64,000 nucleotides of DNA from Geosiphon pyriformis uo1 (Eukaryota > Fungi > Glomeromycota). Made by a program: the position numbers and the translations under genes. Position 1 is the stretch's first letter, and every line of letters begins with the position of its first letter. Below the pieces are notes generated by a model that worked only from the letters and a program-made list of their open reading frames with translations, did no database searches and was not told where the DNA came from. Shown in pieces: positions 40,219 to 53,411 of this stretch. Where the stretch lies: NCBI GenBank assembly GCA_016748015.1, contig JAAOMT010000703.1, forward strand, positions 248,001 through 312,000, in the 5' to 3' direction.

Positions 40219-41029
40219 ATAAAAAAAAATAATAGAAAAACAGATAAACCAATAGAAAAGTAATAGTTAGCATGTGAGCATATTGCTTAGTAATGTAAAA
40301 CAATGTTAAAAAATTAGAGCACATTATTCAACAATATGAGCATTGCTCAAAAAATTATAACATATCATTCAAGAATATAAGTGATATTATAAAACCTAAA
40401 TTATGTATATATAGCAAGAGTGGTAGAAGCAAAAAAAACAAAATTATCTACCAAGACCTCTTAGTTTAGATTTTATCTAAGCAACCCTCTAAATTCACAA
40501 ATATTAATAAATAACTATTCACTATCTTAAATCCAAATTTTTGCTATCAACACTTCATATTAATAATAACTAATACTTAACTATACTGGAACAATAGCTT
40601 TTGATTATGGCTATTAACAGGATACTAACATTTATTGCCTTGGCTTATTTCTTTATTTTCTTTTATTTTCTTTTATTTTTTTTTGTTATATTTTGTTGTT
40701 GACTAATTAATTAAAAATTAAGCACTAAGTTATTGATGTTATGGATAGTCTGATAAAAGACCCAAATAGAAAGGTACAGAGTGAGAATTGGATAGCTTAC
40801 CAGAAGAGTACAACTGCCAAAATAAACTGGCCACCAAGCTGAAGAAAGAAATTAGGAACTCATTACAAATGAATTGCACATCATTAAATCTCTGTTCATT
40901 ATACAAAAGACTCAACCAAAATCTTTAGATAACCAAAACCTTCAGATATTATTACCATTATAAAAGCTATTGAGTACCAAGTTACGAGTTTGTTATTTGA
41001 TTTGAAACCCCAAATAATCACTTATAACA
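40219..41029 (+). repeat. Remainder of the 3' LTR of B
   Basis: Collinear with about 17574-18355; ends cttataaca. Confidence 0.87.
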
Positions 41030-42431
41030 ATGTGCCTGCTAATAAGATATTAATGACACTTTTGGGTGTATAATAATATGATAGATTGCTTGGTAACTTA
41101 ACTTTGGTTTTCTTCTAAGTAAGTGGTTGTATTTCTTTGGGTGTTATTGTTAGTATTTATAGTTTTCCTTTGTCTTTATCTGTATAAGTAATGAGAAATT
41201 GTTATTGAGTGTACCTCTCAATTTTTTGATTGATCTCATGGATAATTGGTGCAAAACTGTGATTTTATGATAAGTTAGTGTGTTGAATTAATTCTGTGTA
41301 GAAATTTTTTTTTGCTGCTTCAATGTCAACTGATCCTCCTAGACAATTTTTAATTCTTTCATTGATATAAAAGTTGAAAGCTGATTCTGCTGGATAATGA
41401 TTGTGGTTTAATCTCAAGTTTGACTATAGCATTAAAATAAGAATTTGGTGAATTCTAAATGATTTGTTCCTATTATTTCTGATTCTGCCACTTTTAACTG
41501 GTTGTGTGTTGGTGCTGGTTTTTTGTAGAATTATACTTCACAAGGAGCACCAAATATTACAGATGATTATTTAGAGTCTTAAATCAAATAACAAACCCAT
41601 AACTTGGTACTTAATAGCTGATATAATAGTTGGTAATATTTGAAGGTTTTGGTTATCTAAAGATTTTGGGTTTGAGTTTTTTGTATAATAGACAGAGATT
41701 CAATGATTGTTTTCAATAGTCTTCCAAAATTGCAATTCCATCAAATTTCTTTCTCAGCATAATGGCTAGTAATTTTTCTGGTAAGCTATTCTCAATTCTG
41801 TAAGTGTTCTATCTTTGTTTTACAGATCTTTTACCAGTCTCTTTGATGTCAATAATTCCATACATTAATCTTTAATCAATTAGTAAACAACAAAACAAAC
41901 AAAATAAAAAAAAATAAAAAAATTAAGCCAAGGCAATTTAAGTTAGTATTTCATCAATAGCTATGATCAAAAGCTATTGTTTTAGTATAATTAAATATTA
42001 ACAGCTATCAATATAAAGTGTTGATAGTTTGAGTTTAATGAATACTTTTTAATCAAATGATAACAACATAAATTAGATGTAAATAAGTGTTTTATTGATA
42101 ATTTGATAATTTTACTTTAATGGATATGAACTATCTTTAAAGCAATTAGGGAATAGATAGGAAGAGAAGTCCAAACTAAAAGGTTTGTCTTTTTTGCTTC
42201 TAAAACTACTACTATATATACATATTTGAGATTCCTCAATTCTTTAATTTTTCTTACCAAAAATTCTGGAATTCTTGGAATTCTACAATTTTTTAAGAAA
42301 AATCTTGTGATTCTTTATATGAGAATCTTGTAATTCCTCTAAAAAAAATTCTGGAATTTTATATTTTACTATGTCTATTTTTGATTGGCTAATATATATA
42401 CTATTATAATTTCTATATTTTATAAGTAACA
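41030..42431 (-). mobile_element. 5' end of element A: gag N-terminus, PBS and 5' LTR (41555-42431)
   Basis: PBS complement cttcacaaggagcacca; LTR tattacagatg...aagtaaca. Gag joins to 17552. Abuts the RT/RNase H linker of D at 42432. Confidence 0.82.
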
Positions 42432-45400
42432 GTGATAATAATAAATAACTTGCTGTGATCTAAATAGATTAGTACTGGTGCTTAGATAAGCTTTTTTCTT
42501 AAGATGTCAAAAGCTTTTTGTTGGGTTTCAATCCATTCATATTTCATATTTTTTGCTTAGAGCTAATGAAATGATTAAGCCAGTTTGGAGAAATTCTGAA
42601 TAAAATGGTAATAATATTTAGTAAATTCTAAGAATGCTTTTAATTTTGTAAGATTTGTTGGTATTGAAAAGTTTTAACTATTTTGATTTTATCTGGATCT
42701 GTTTTGATGCTGTTTTTATTTACAATATATTCCAAAAACTTCAGTTCTGTTTTGCCAAAGAAATATTTTGTAGTATTTAACTTTAGTTTGGCTTTTTTTA
42801 GTCTTTCAAACACTTGTTGTAAATAATAAAAATGGTTATTAAATATTTTGAAAAACACATTGGTGTTATTCAAGTAAACTATTACTGACTTCTATAGTAA
42901 TCTAATATAAACAATTTTTATTAGCTATTGAAAGATGGCTGAAGCATTAGTTAAGCCAAAAAACATAACATCAAATTCAAAATTTTTCTCTTTGGTTGTA
43001 AATGCAGTCTTCTTTTTATCTTCTAATTTCATGACTACTTGCCAATAACTACTCTCTAAGTTTAATGTGAAAATTTATTTCTTTTTTCCAAAAACATTAA
43101 ATAACTCCTAAATTTATAAAGTTGGATAGCTGTCTCCATAAGTAACACTATTGAGTTTTTTGTAATCTACACAAAAGTGGATTTTTCTATTTTTTTTATG
43201 AACAAGTACCACTAGTAATAACCATAGACTTATTGATAGTTGAATTAATTCATTATTTAACATTTTGTTAATTTTCTGTTAAATAATTTCATGGCTGGCA
43301 GGTGGTATTTTGTATGTTTTTTGTTTAATTAATATTGTATTTTCAGTTTTGATCTGGTATTGGAAAATATTAATTCTGCTAAATTCATTTTCACTGGCAA
43401 AGATATTAATAAAATTGTTGAATAGTATCTTGAGTTATATATATTGAAATGGATCTAAGTTTTCTAAGTTTATTTGTTTTAATTGTTTTAATTAGAGCAA
43501 ATAATATTTTTTTATCTGTATATTGTTTGTAATATGATATTTACATATTTACAAAGCTGTAAAAAGTTTAAAATGGTAGTGGATAATTGGTTTTCAACTT
43601 TAGTGTTTAAGTATCTAATAATAGTTCTACTTAGTACTTCTATGATGTCTCCAGTTGTGTTGTATATAAAAATTTTAATGTGTTTATTGTTTTTAACTGG
43701 TATATAAAGATTGATAATAGCAATTTCTTTTAATTCACAAATGTTTGTTTCAGCTTCAAAAATTTGGAATTGATCTTTCATTTTTTTTTCTATAACTAAT
43801 ATGTATTGGTTATATAATTGAATAGAAATTGATTGATAAATAAAAATAATTTTTTCTTTATTAAAGATTTTTTTTTCTACCATATTAAGTGGTATGTCTA
43901 TTTTACTTATAGATTCAAATCTATTAATTTTTTTTATTATAATTCTTAATTTTTTTCTTGATCTTACTGAAATTAACTGAGCTATTTTAATTAGAAACAA
44001 AAATATTGCCTGTGCTATTTTTTTATTTAGTTCAATTATATATCCTTTTTCTGAGTCATTTTGTTATATTATAATAATATTTTTTATATATTTTGCATTA
44101 ATTATTTTTTCTTTAATATTAATTTTTTTTTTATTAAACTAAATCTAAAAGCTAATTGAACTATTGTTGTTGCTAGAATTTCCAGTGTTATTTTCAAATC
44201 TATATTAATACACAAATGAGGTTCCAATCTGATAACAGTTTTCTTTGGATATCTAAAATTAAACTCTGTATTGGTATTATGTAGTATTTTGGCATAATAT
44301 CTTCATTGTTATTACTGAACTATTTTAGTTTTTGCTCTATAGAAAGATCTGGAAGCACAATATATTGTTCAAAATTGTGATCAAAGTTTAAATTGTTGTT
44401 GTTGTTGCCATAGTAAATGGAATTGAAATCATTGTTGTCATTATTGTCAGAGTCTGAATTGTGATTGATTTTTAATTCCAATTCTGATGCACATTTACTG
44501 ATTGGTTCTTTATTTTTGAGAATTAAATAAATCATGTGTGGTGATAGATTGTAAATAAGATTACAATTATCACAATATTTGAAGCCACTAAAAATTAAGC
44601 AATATTTGCATAACTTTGTGTTTAGTTGTTCCAGTTTTTGTCCTTGCTCTTTACAAGTCAATGTTAAATCTTGGTAGTACTTATAGAATTGTTTGGGATT
44701 ATCTATAACTTTGTTAATAAAGTTGAAAGTTAGAACAAATTTGGGTTCAAAAAGTGTGAGTAGATTGTTTTTGATTTTTAGTATTTAACTAAGTAAAGTA
44801 TTTTTAGCTTTGACATTCAATATTTTTTAGATTTTATGTTTGTTATGTGAATACTCTTCTAATTGTTTTAGTGCTTATTTTCAGACAGTATTAATCGAAA
44901 TTTCTTTTTATACCTAATTGTTAATTAGAATTATATATTAACATGATTCATTACATGTTTCTTTTTACTCAAAAATTTTGTTTCATATTTTTTTGTTGGA
45001 AAAAATTGTTTTACATATAAAACAAAGCTTATTGTTCTATTTTTTTTGTCATTTGGATTATCTAAAGCATTTAAGAACACATAGATGACAATAATATTTT
45101 GTCATCACAACATGTATCTATTGTTGACAATTTTTTGCCACAATTAATGCAGATTAATTGGGGTTAGTGATAAGTTAGTTGTTTTGGTAGTATAATGTTA
45201 TATGGAGTATATGTTAAAGTAGTGGCTTGGAATTGTTTTTTTTCTTCTCAAGTCAGTATTGGTAATAGTTTGTTGTGGTTTTTATTGGCCTATAAAACTT
45301 GATAAGCTTTTCAAGTAAGTTTTTTTTTTTCTTAAATTTTATCAATAAATACATAATAAGTGGTTTAAAATGATTGCAAATAGCAGGTATTCGAATTTGC

Positions 45401-48063
45401 AAATCATCTTAACTAAGCTATAGTTTTTGGATATTCCAGTTGAGCATAATATTGGTTTTAAACAGCCAGTTATTATCAATAAGAGCTTGGTATTGTGTGG
45501 TTTCTATTACAAGAATTTTGATAGATATTATAATGCCATTGACTTCAAACTGAAAATTATCAATTTTATTAATTAACATTTTTGTTACTCTATTAGCAGT
45601 AATAATTCTGGTGCTAACAGTATAATTAACTCAACAACTTAATTGGTTCATAAATTGTCATGTAATAATGCTGTCTGCTAAACCATTATTAAGAATTAGC
45701 TTAATAGAATGACCATCAACTTTAGTATTAGTATATATAGCAGTAATTAGTTTAATATTAAAAATGACTCTACTAAATAATAGTGTTTTTGATTGGAGTT
45801 TTATTTCAAAAGAAAATATTGCTATAAGTAATTTGTCTTTTGTGATAGTTGTTGATGGAATGTTGTTAGTAAATAGTTGGTTTTAATTGGTTTTCTGTTT
45901 GTTAAGTTAGGTGTTTTCTGAAATAATTAGAAGACTTTAATAATTCTGGAAATTCAGATTCTGGTTGTACTTAGTTCCTAAATTCCTTGAATATAATTCT
46001 AATGGCTGTTGTAATAAACTGAAAATTGGTTAATACATAACTATTGCCAATCTCCAATTTTGTTGGATGTGTATAATTCTCAGTCTTTAACTTCTAAATA
46101 ACATTTGAGCTAAATTGTATAGCAGTATTGAAATTAATAATGTTTAATAAATAATTTGTGGCTGTGACTGATAAATGGTTTGTGGCTGTGTCTGATAGAT
46201 AACTGGTGCTGAAGCTTAATATACTGGAGATAAGTATATTAGTTGTTTTATTATTGGAATATAATGAAGTTAATATGATTTCTGATTTTAAATGTAATTT
46301 AAAGTTTGGAACCAGTAATCAGAGTTTCAATATTGATTTTTCAATTGTTAATTATTTAATTTTAATTAACAATCTAGTTTTAAATGTCTTTGTTTATCAC
46401 AATAATAACAGATATACATCTTTTGTTGTCATAATTGGTTGGTTAATAAAGATAATAGATATAACTAATTTTGAAAATAATTAGAGTTTTCTGTATTGTC
46501 ACAATGTTGTAAAGATTAATAGATTGTCTGATTGTTAGCTAAGTATTCCTTAATTTTTTGATTGATGACTTTACCAAATTGTTTTAATTGATATTTAATT
46601 TAAATGATTTGTTCATTATTAAGTTAATGGCTTAGACATAATTAGCTTTGAGTTTGGCTAATTTAAAATCTCTGACATGTATAACTGTGTTTTAAATTGT
46701 GTTTAGATGCATTAAATATACTCATTATAACAAACTACTACATAGTCCATAGATAAACTGGTTTAAGATTTGTGCTTTGGTAAAGTAATCAGCTTGAATT
46801 GTCCATATTTGGTGTAAATTCTATAAAAGTGTTCCAAGTAAGTAGTGATTGCTTCAGTTTTTTCTTGTTTAAGTATGATAAAACTAGTTAATAATCTATT
46901 AATGCTGTTGTGATTACTAAAGTATTGTAGAAATACAGTTTTAAACATGTCAAAAGTTTGTAGTTTGTTGACAAAGTTCTGATATAATAAATTAGTAGTA
47001 TTCTACAAAAAGTAAGAAATAATTTGAAGGGCTTTAGTGTTATCCCAATTATTGGCTATAATTATCTTGGTAATGTTATTTAATTATGTTTAGATGTTAT
47101 TTTCTTTACCAGTAAATTTTTTTAATTTGGTAATTAATGCCTATGCCATTGGTACAAGTTGTTATTATAAAAGTGCAATTAGTACAACTGATAGTTGATT
47201 AATTGGATTTACCAGAAGTAAATTTGTAAAATAATAGAAGCTGGATTTGGATTGTTTGGATTTTGTTAGGTTAGAACAATCAAAGTTTGAATTTCTGGGT
47301 TTTTTGAGATTAAGTTTTAATTATGAATTTCCTGATCATTGTATTTCTTTTTTTCTGAATCAGTTTTTTTCCAAAGACTAGTGGCTCTAAAATCTGGTTG
47401 AAGTGGCAGTAATTAAAGTTTTAATAAGGTTGTTGATCACAATTTAAATTTGTTAAAGAAATTACTGTAAGTTTCTAATAATCTGGCTTTTTCTTAATTG
47501 TTTTGAAATGATATTCTGAATAATAGTGTTTTTGACATGATCATGGTTGATGTTATTTGAATAGTACTTCCTAGTGTATGATAGTATAATAGGTAAATAG
47601 TCAAAACTACTTTTGGTTTTTTTCAAGTAAGTGGTTGTATTCTTCTTAGTGTTTTTGCTGATGTTTATAACTTTTTTTTCTATTATTTACAAAGATAATA
47701 AAAAATTGCTGTCTGATGTGCTTCTCAATTTCTCTGTTGATTTCTGTGATTATTGGAGCAAACAAATAATTTTGTAAAAACATGGTATTTTGGAGTAATT
47801 CACTATAGAAATTGTTGAGTATTGTTTTTGAATTTTTTTGGTCTTTCAAGTAAGATTTAATTTTTTTATTAATGTAAAAGTTGAAAGTTGATTCTGCTGG
47901 CCAATGATTACTTGTTAATCCAAGATAAGTTTAATAGTGTTAAAATAAAGCTTTTATAAATTCCAAATAGTTTGTTCTTATTTTTTCTGATTCTGCTACT
48001 GTTTTGGAGGATTGTTGTTGGTGCTAGTTTTTTGCTAGATTATATCTCACAAAGAACACCAAA
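42432..48063 (-). pseudogene. RT-dUTPase-PR-gag of element D, heavily decayed
   Basis: Fragments 42640-42873 (RT), 43512-44000, 44320-44661, 46763-46948 (gag) and 47646-47849 are collinear with C. Confidence 0.82.
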
Positions 48064-48936
48064 TATTACAAATAATTATTTGGAATGTAAATGCAAATAA
48101 CAAACTTATAACTTGGTGTTCAATAACTTGTTAACAGTAATAATATCTAAAGATTTTGGTGATTTAAAAATTTTGGTTGATCTGAAGATTTTGGTTAAGT
48201 TCTTTGTATAATAGACAAAGATTTAATAGTTGTTTCAATATTCTTTTAGAAACTTATTCCATGAATTTCTTTTTTCAGTATAGTGACCAGCTTATTTTGA
48301 CAGTTGTGCTCTTTTGGTAAGTTATCTTCAATTTTATAAGTTTCCTATCCTTGTTTTATGGATCTTTTATTAAGCTATCCTTAAAATCAAAATTATTTAG
48401 TACTTAATCTCTTTAATCAATTAGTAAATCAACAACACAAAACAAAAAAAAATAAAAAAAAATAAAAGAAAATAAAAAATTAATATCTTATTAATAGTCA
48501 TAATTAAAAGCTATTAGTTCAGTATAATTAAATGTTAGATTTTATCAACACTTTATATTAATAGAGTAAAAGTAATTTAATATTTCTTAATCAAATAATA
48601 ATAATATTGATTTAGGTGATAATTAATATTTTTTATTAATATGTAATTTGATTTCACTTCAAGTCATAGAAAACTACTTTTGAAAGAAGAAGTATTGGAT
48701 AATTAATTAATTGTAAGTATTAATTCTAAATTAGATTCTGTTTTTTTCTGCTTCTAATACTCTTGTTATATATATATAATTACTGTTATATGAGATTTTT
48801 TAGATTTTTTTAATTTTTTTAGTCTGAAATTTTGTAATTCCTTGAAAAAAATCCTGAAATTTTTCTCTTATTATATTTATCTCTAATTAACTACTTTATA
48901 TTTTTATTAAGAATTTCTAAATTTTTATGAGTAATA
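48064..48936 (-). repeat. 5' LTR of element D
   Basis: tattacaaataatt...gagtaata; pairs with 1342-2201. Confidence 0.85.
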
Positions 48937-48940
48937 CTAT

Positions 48941-50070
48941 AATTAGTATTGAATCAAAAAGAGACATGTTCCTAATCTAATTAAAAATAAAAACATTTTT
49001 GCTAAGTAAATGAAAGTTAAAGGACATTTAAGAGTTTTAAATAATATTAAAGCTAATATAATGGCTAGTAAAACCATTTTTTTTTCTTTTTTTTTGTCAA
49101 CTAAAATTTATAAGCAATTTTTAGTGGCTAAAAATATGGTTGTGTTTGTTAATACTTGGTATTTTGTTCATAATCTGTACTGGTTAGTTTATTATACTCA
49201 TTGAGAGACTGGTCTTGATTACAATATGGTTTCAAATATTATAATTAGAAAGATAAATTAGACTACCAATATAAAGATCCAGTATTTTGATTTGTATATG
49301 CTTTCTGAATTTACTAATAAGAAGTTGGCCAATTTACACATGTATTTAATAAAAGTAGTACATAAACAGCTATCACTAAAAATTAGGAAAAGATTATATT
49401 ATAGAGATTATCTTAGTGTACTGTGTTTGCTGTATGATAAAATAGAGTTATCTGACCATGTTTTTACTTATGCTAGTAATATTGGTATTTGTAAGAACAT
49501 TTTGGGTAAAGTTTTTGATAGATAAATGTTATTGGTAGATGATTTTTGTTCATATTTTTCTGCTGTTTTGCAGTTATTTTCTTTGTGTTTTTTGGATGTG
49601 AGTCTGTATACTGCTATTTGCAAAGATTTTATGTCAAAAAACTAGTATACTAAAGCTGTTTTGGCTTTTGATAAAAAGAGGAAGACCGCTTTAACTTTTG
49701 TTAAGTATGTAAAGTTTTTTGTAGAATTGTATCATATTAAGATATAACTTATTAGATCTAAGTATAAGGTAAATATAGAGAAGACTGAGTTGGTCAAAGA
49801 TAATGGTTTGGTTTTAAACTTGTCTTGTAATGTAATATCTATGTTATCAGATGGGGTGGTTCATTTGCTTGGTGTTTTAGAAGCCTTTGTTGTTAATTTT
49901 AGTAGATGCAAAATGTGCTGTTTTTTTTCTGGTTTAAATAGTAATACTTATGTTAATATAAACATATAATGTTGTTTTGTCTAATTCAAGTAATTGGCTA
50001 TATATAACAAAAGTGTAAACTGTATTTAGTTTGAACCACTTATGTATTAGATAGCAGTTAAATTTTATTT
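48941..50070 (+). mobile_element. LINE 3' part: RNase H C-terminus, Cys/His knuckle and 3' UTR
   Basis: KVKGH..N..A motif; LCLLYDKIELSDHVF knuckle relic. C-terminus and UTR resemble the reverse complement of 58310-58590. Confidence 0.78.
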
Positions 50071-51950
50071 ATAAAACTTATAATAAAAAAAAATAGCTTA
50101 AAATCTCTTTAAATATATAAATATTATATTTAAATAACTTAATAAGAATATTTAACAAAATAATAATATATTAATTAAAAAGTTTTATTAAATTTAATTA
50201 TAAGCATAATAATAATTAATAATATTAAATAAATAATTAATTTATAGTTTTAAAATTACAACAATAAATTAATAACATAAAATTTAATAAAAAATTTAAT
50301 TTTAATTTTAATAAAACTTAATCTTATAAAAAATATATATTATAATTTAAAAATTCAATAAGAATTATAAAATAGTATAAATTATTTAATTATAATATAA
50401 CACAATAATAATTTTAAAAAAATAATAATTTATACAATAATAATTATTATTAAATAGTATTAACAGTAAATATTATTTAAAAATATTAAAAATAAAATAT
50501 TATAATATGTTTTTTATAAAATTACAAATATATATATTAATTTTAATTTTAAGAAATATTATTTTCTAATTTTTATTTTTAAATAAACACCTAAATAAAT
50601 TTTTAATCAATTAAAAAAATAAAAAATAATATTGAAAACCAAATTATTATAGTAAATTTATTAAAAAAATTATTTGCATTTATTTATTAAATAAAACTAT
50701 TAATTATTAGTTTAATTCTTAAAAAATAATTTTTAATCAAAATTATTATTAATTAATTAAGTTTTATTATTAAAATTATAAAAATTATTATAAGTTTATT
50801 AATATTTTGTATATTTAGATTAAAAAAACACTTTAAATAATTACAAAAATAGCCTTAAAAAAAACTTCAACAGTAAATAGATTTTAAATTAATCTTTGAA
50901 AAAAAGTACATAAATACATAATAATAATTAAAATTTAATATTATAATATTAACAAAAAACTTTTATTATATTATTATTATATAACTAGTATTAAAAAACT
51001 TATAAGAAATTAATTATAGTTAAATTAAAAGTATTAACAATTAATATTTTAAAAAAATATTTTTATAACAAAGCCAAATTTATAATTTAACTTTTAAAAA
51101 AAGAAATAATGTGCATTTTTATTAAATTTATATTTGATTAAAACAAAAATAAAATAATTTTTTTTAATAATTAAAAAAAAAACAGATTAAAGAATTTTTT
51201 TAATTAAGATTAATAACGAATTATATACTTAAATTTAATAATTATTATTAATTTTAAAACCAAAAACAAATTGTATTTTAATATGTAATTTTATTTAACT
51301 TAAAAAATTAAGCTAATAATATATTTTTTTTGAAAATATTAATATTATTATTTAAACATAATAATTTTTTAAATAAGTGGTTTTATTTTAATATTTAATA
51401 ATTTATAAAGATTAATTAATTTATATTAAATTGTATTTTAGTTATTATTTAATTTTATTAATTTTTATATAAAGTATATATTTAAGACTTTTTAAATACT
51501 ATTATAAAAATTAATTTCGTTGATTTTTTTATATTATATTTAAGATTATAAAATTTATTGTAGCTTTTGGTTTTGTTTTTATATTTATTATTGCTGTTTT
51601 TTATAAATTTTTTATAAATTTTTTTAATAATTTTAATAATTTTAAAAATTTAATAAATTGTTATTATTAATTTAAAGTTTGTTAATTTATAATAATATAT
51701 TGTTATGTATTTTAAAAACTTTAATTTTATTAATTTTGCTTTTACTTATTAATTAATTTTAATAAAAAATAATATAAAAAGTTTTTTTAAAAAAATTCAA
51801 ATTAAGAATATTGCTGAATTAATGACTAATTTATTTAGATTATAATAAAATAAATAAATAAACTAAGTTTTTTATAAGTAAAAGCATATTTGATTAGTTA
51901 ATAGTCTTGTAAAATTTAGCAAAAAAGTTTAAATAAGTAAGTTTACCCAA
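50070..51950. other. Extremely AT-rich tract (about 90% or more AT by eye)
   Basis: Almost no G or C, no ORFs and no simple periodicity. Confidence 0.8.
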
Positions 51951-52346
51951 AATAATATTGTTGTATAAATAAAATGATTGATTTATGTGTTGTTAGTGTA
52001 TGATCCATGTTTAATATGTGATAATTGTGTTATATGTTGGTTTGGCTGCATATGGAAAAAATTACGTAACCATTTTTTAAACATTAATTAAAAAATTATA
52101 ACACAATCTAATTTTTAATTTTTAACCATTGAGTATTATTTTTTATAATTGTTTTTTACATGTAGATAATTTAATGTACAGGTATATCTAATTTTTAATT
52201 TTTTACATATTTAGGTTCTTTCGAAAAATCCCAATTTTCACGTACAGACAATTTTCTCAAGAAAAAAAATGACAACAATTATTTTTACCCAATATATGTA
52301 ATATCAATAACTTTTCACTTTAACTTGATTATGGAAAAACAAACGT

Positions 52347-53068
52347 CTACCAATGGATCGTATAACCCTTTCTTTATATAACTTCTTCAACACCTTTTGG
52401 CATCGAGTCAATAAATTGAAGAATTGTCTCTAATGGAATAGCATTCCATGCAGAAAAGAATCAGCTTCTATTTGGGGCTTTCGTTTTTGGTGAATACAAT
52501 TTTTAACTTCCCTCCACATACATGCTATTGGACTAAGAGTCATCGTGTGGGTAGATCCCCATACCGTGATAAATTTACGACCACTTTTAACGGTTGCTCG
52601 TGTATGATCAGTGTTGTAAAGCTCATTTTTATTACGAATTTTCCATAAGAATCAGTTCTTATAGAGGATTTGTCTGTCCAAAGAACATGTCTTTGGTCCA
52701 ATGCTTGTAGGTTAGCCCACTTGAACCGTTTGATTCGGTTTGCTTCATTAATCATTGGTTTCTTAAGCATTATATAGGATTTTAACATTGTTTTTTTATT
52801 AAAGTACTAGTGGACATAGAAATTTGGAGAATTTGGCAGTAAGCGATTTGCATTTTTTGATTTCGACTTTTAGAACGTTTATCAACAATAGATTTTCGAC
52901 CACCATGATTTCTTTTTTAATATTCACTACTTGTTAATTCTAATCGTTTAAGACAATTTTTAACACACGTAGCGGATCGTCCAATAGTGCGCGCAATTTT
53001 TGCGGCAGACATACTCTTCTTTCTTGAGGATTTTTACCGTATAACATTCCTTTTTTTTGGCGACCCAT
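52347..53068 (-). pseudogene. Tc1/mariner-type transposase relic, frameshifted and internally deleted
   Basis: HTH-like SAAKIARTIGRSATCVKNCL; KKPMINEANRIKRFKWA..VLWTD(K)S; C-terminal WNAIPLETILQFIDSMPK..VI..KG. Confidence 0.8.
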
Positions 53069-53411
53069 TTGTGTATACATTTCGAATTTTCAAAGTGGCT
53101 CTGTAATTAAATAATAAACTAAAGAAAAGACGAATGTCTTTTCTTATGAACAATAACCAGACAAGCGCGATTTTAAGGTTGTGAATATTATCACAATCTT
53201 TGAAATTCTTTACGATTTGCTCGAAATCGTAAAGAATTTTGTACACGTAATTAAATCTTTTTACTTGCTGTTGAAAGTTAAGTTCCTTAAGTTACACGAA
53301 TTAGTCTCTCGATTATAAATCAAGAGAATTTACTAGAATCACTGATCAGGCGCGTTCAATCCCAAATTCTTAATTCAACTTTTTTCCCAAGCTCGAGCAA
53401 ACCAAAAAGAA

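Larger units (their letters stand above)
17553..41029 (+). mobile_element. Element B: decayed full-length dUTPase-Gypsy inserted in A gag; hosts F and C
   Basis: 5' LTR 17553-18355; PBS tggtgctttctgtgag at 18358; gag-PR-dUTPase-RT-RH-IN-ORF3 relics 18420-29988; PPT aaaagaaagagataa. 3' LTR is 30003-30023 plus 40219-41029. TSD ATGC/ATGT. Confidence 0.85.
1342..48936 (-). mobile_element. Element D: outermost Gypsy LTR retrotransposon, containing nested A, E, B, F and C
   Basis: Matching LTR pair 1342-2201 and 48064-48936 (same gcaaataaca and triple gaagattttggt pattern). TSD CCAT (1338-1341) / CTAT (48937-48940). LINE RNase H continues on both sides. PBS relic at about 48044-48061. Confidence 0.8.

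Noticed and set aside
52050-53260. Terminal inverted repeats and TA TSD for the Tc1 relic
   Set aside because: The candidate ends (about 52060, 52176, 52240 versus 53245) match only over a few bases, so boundaries were not called.
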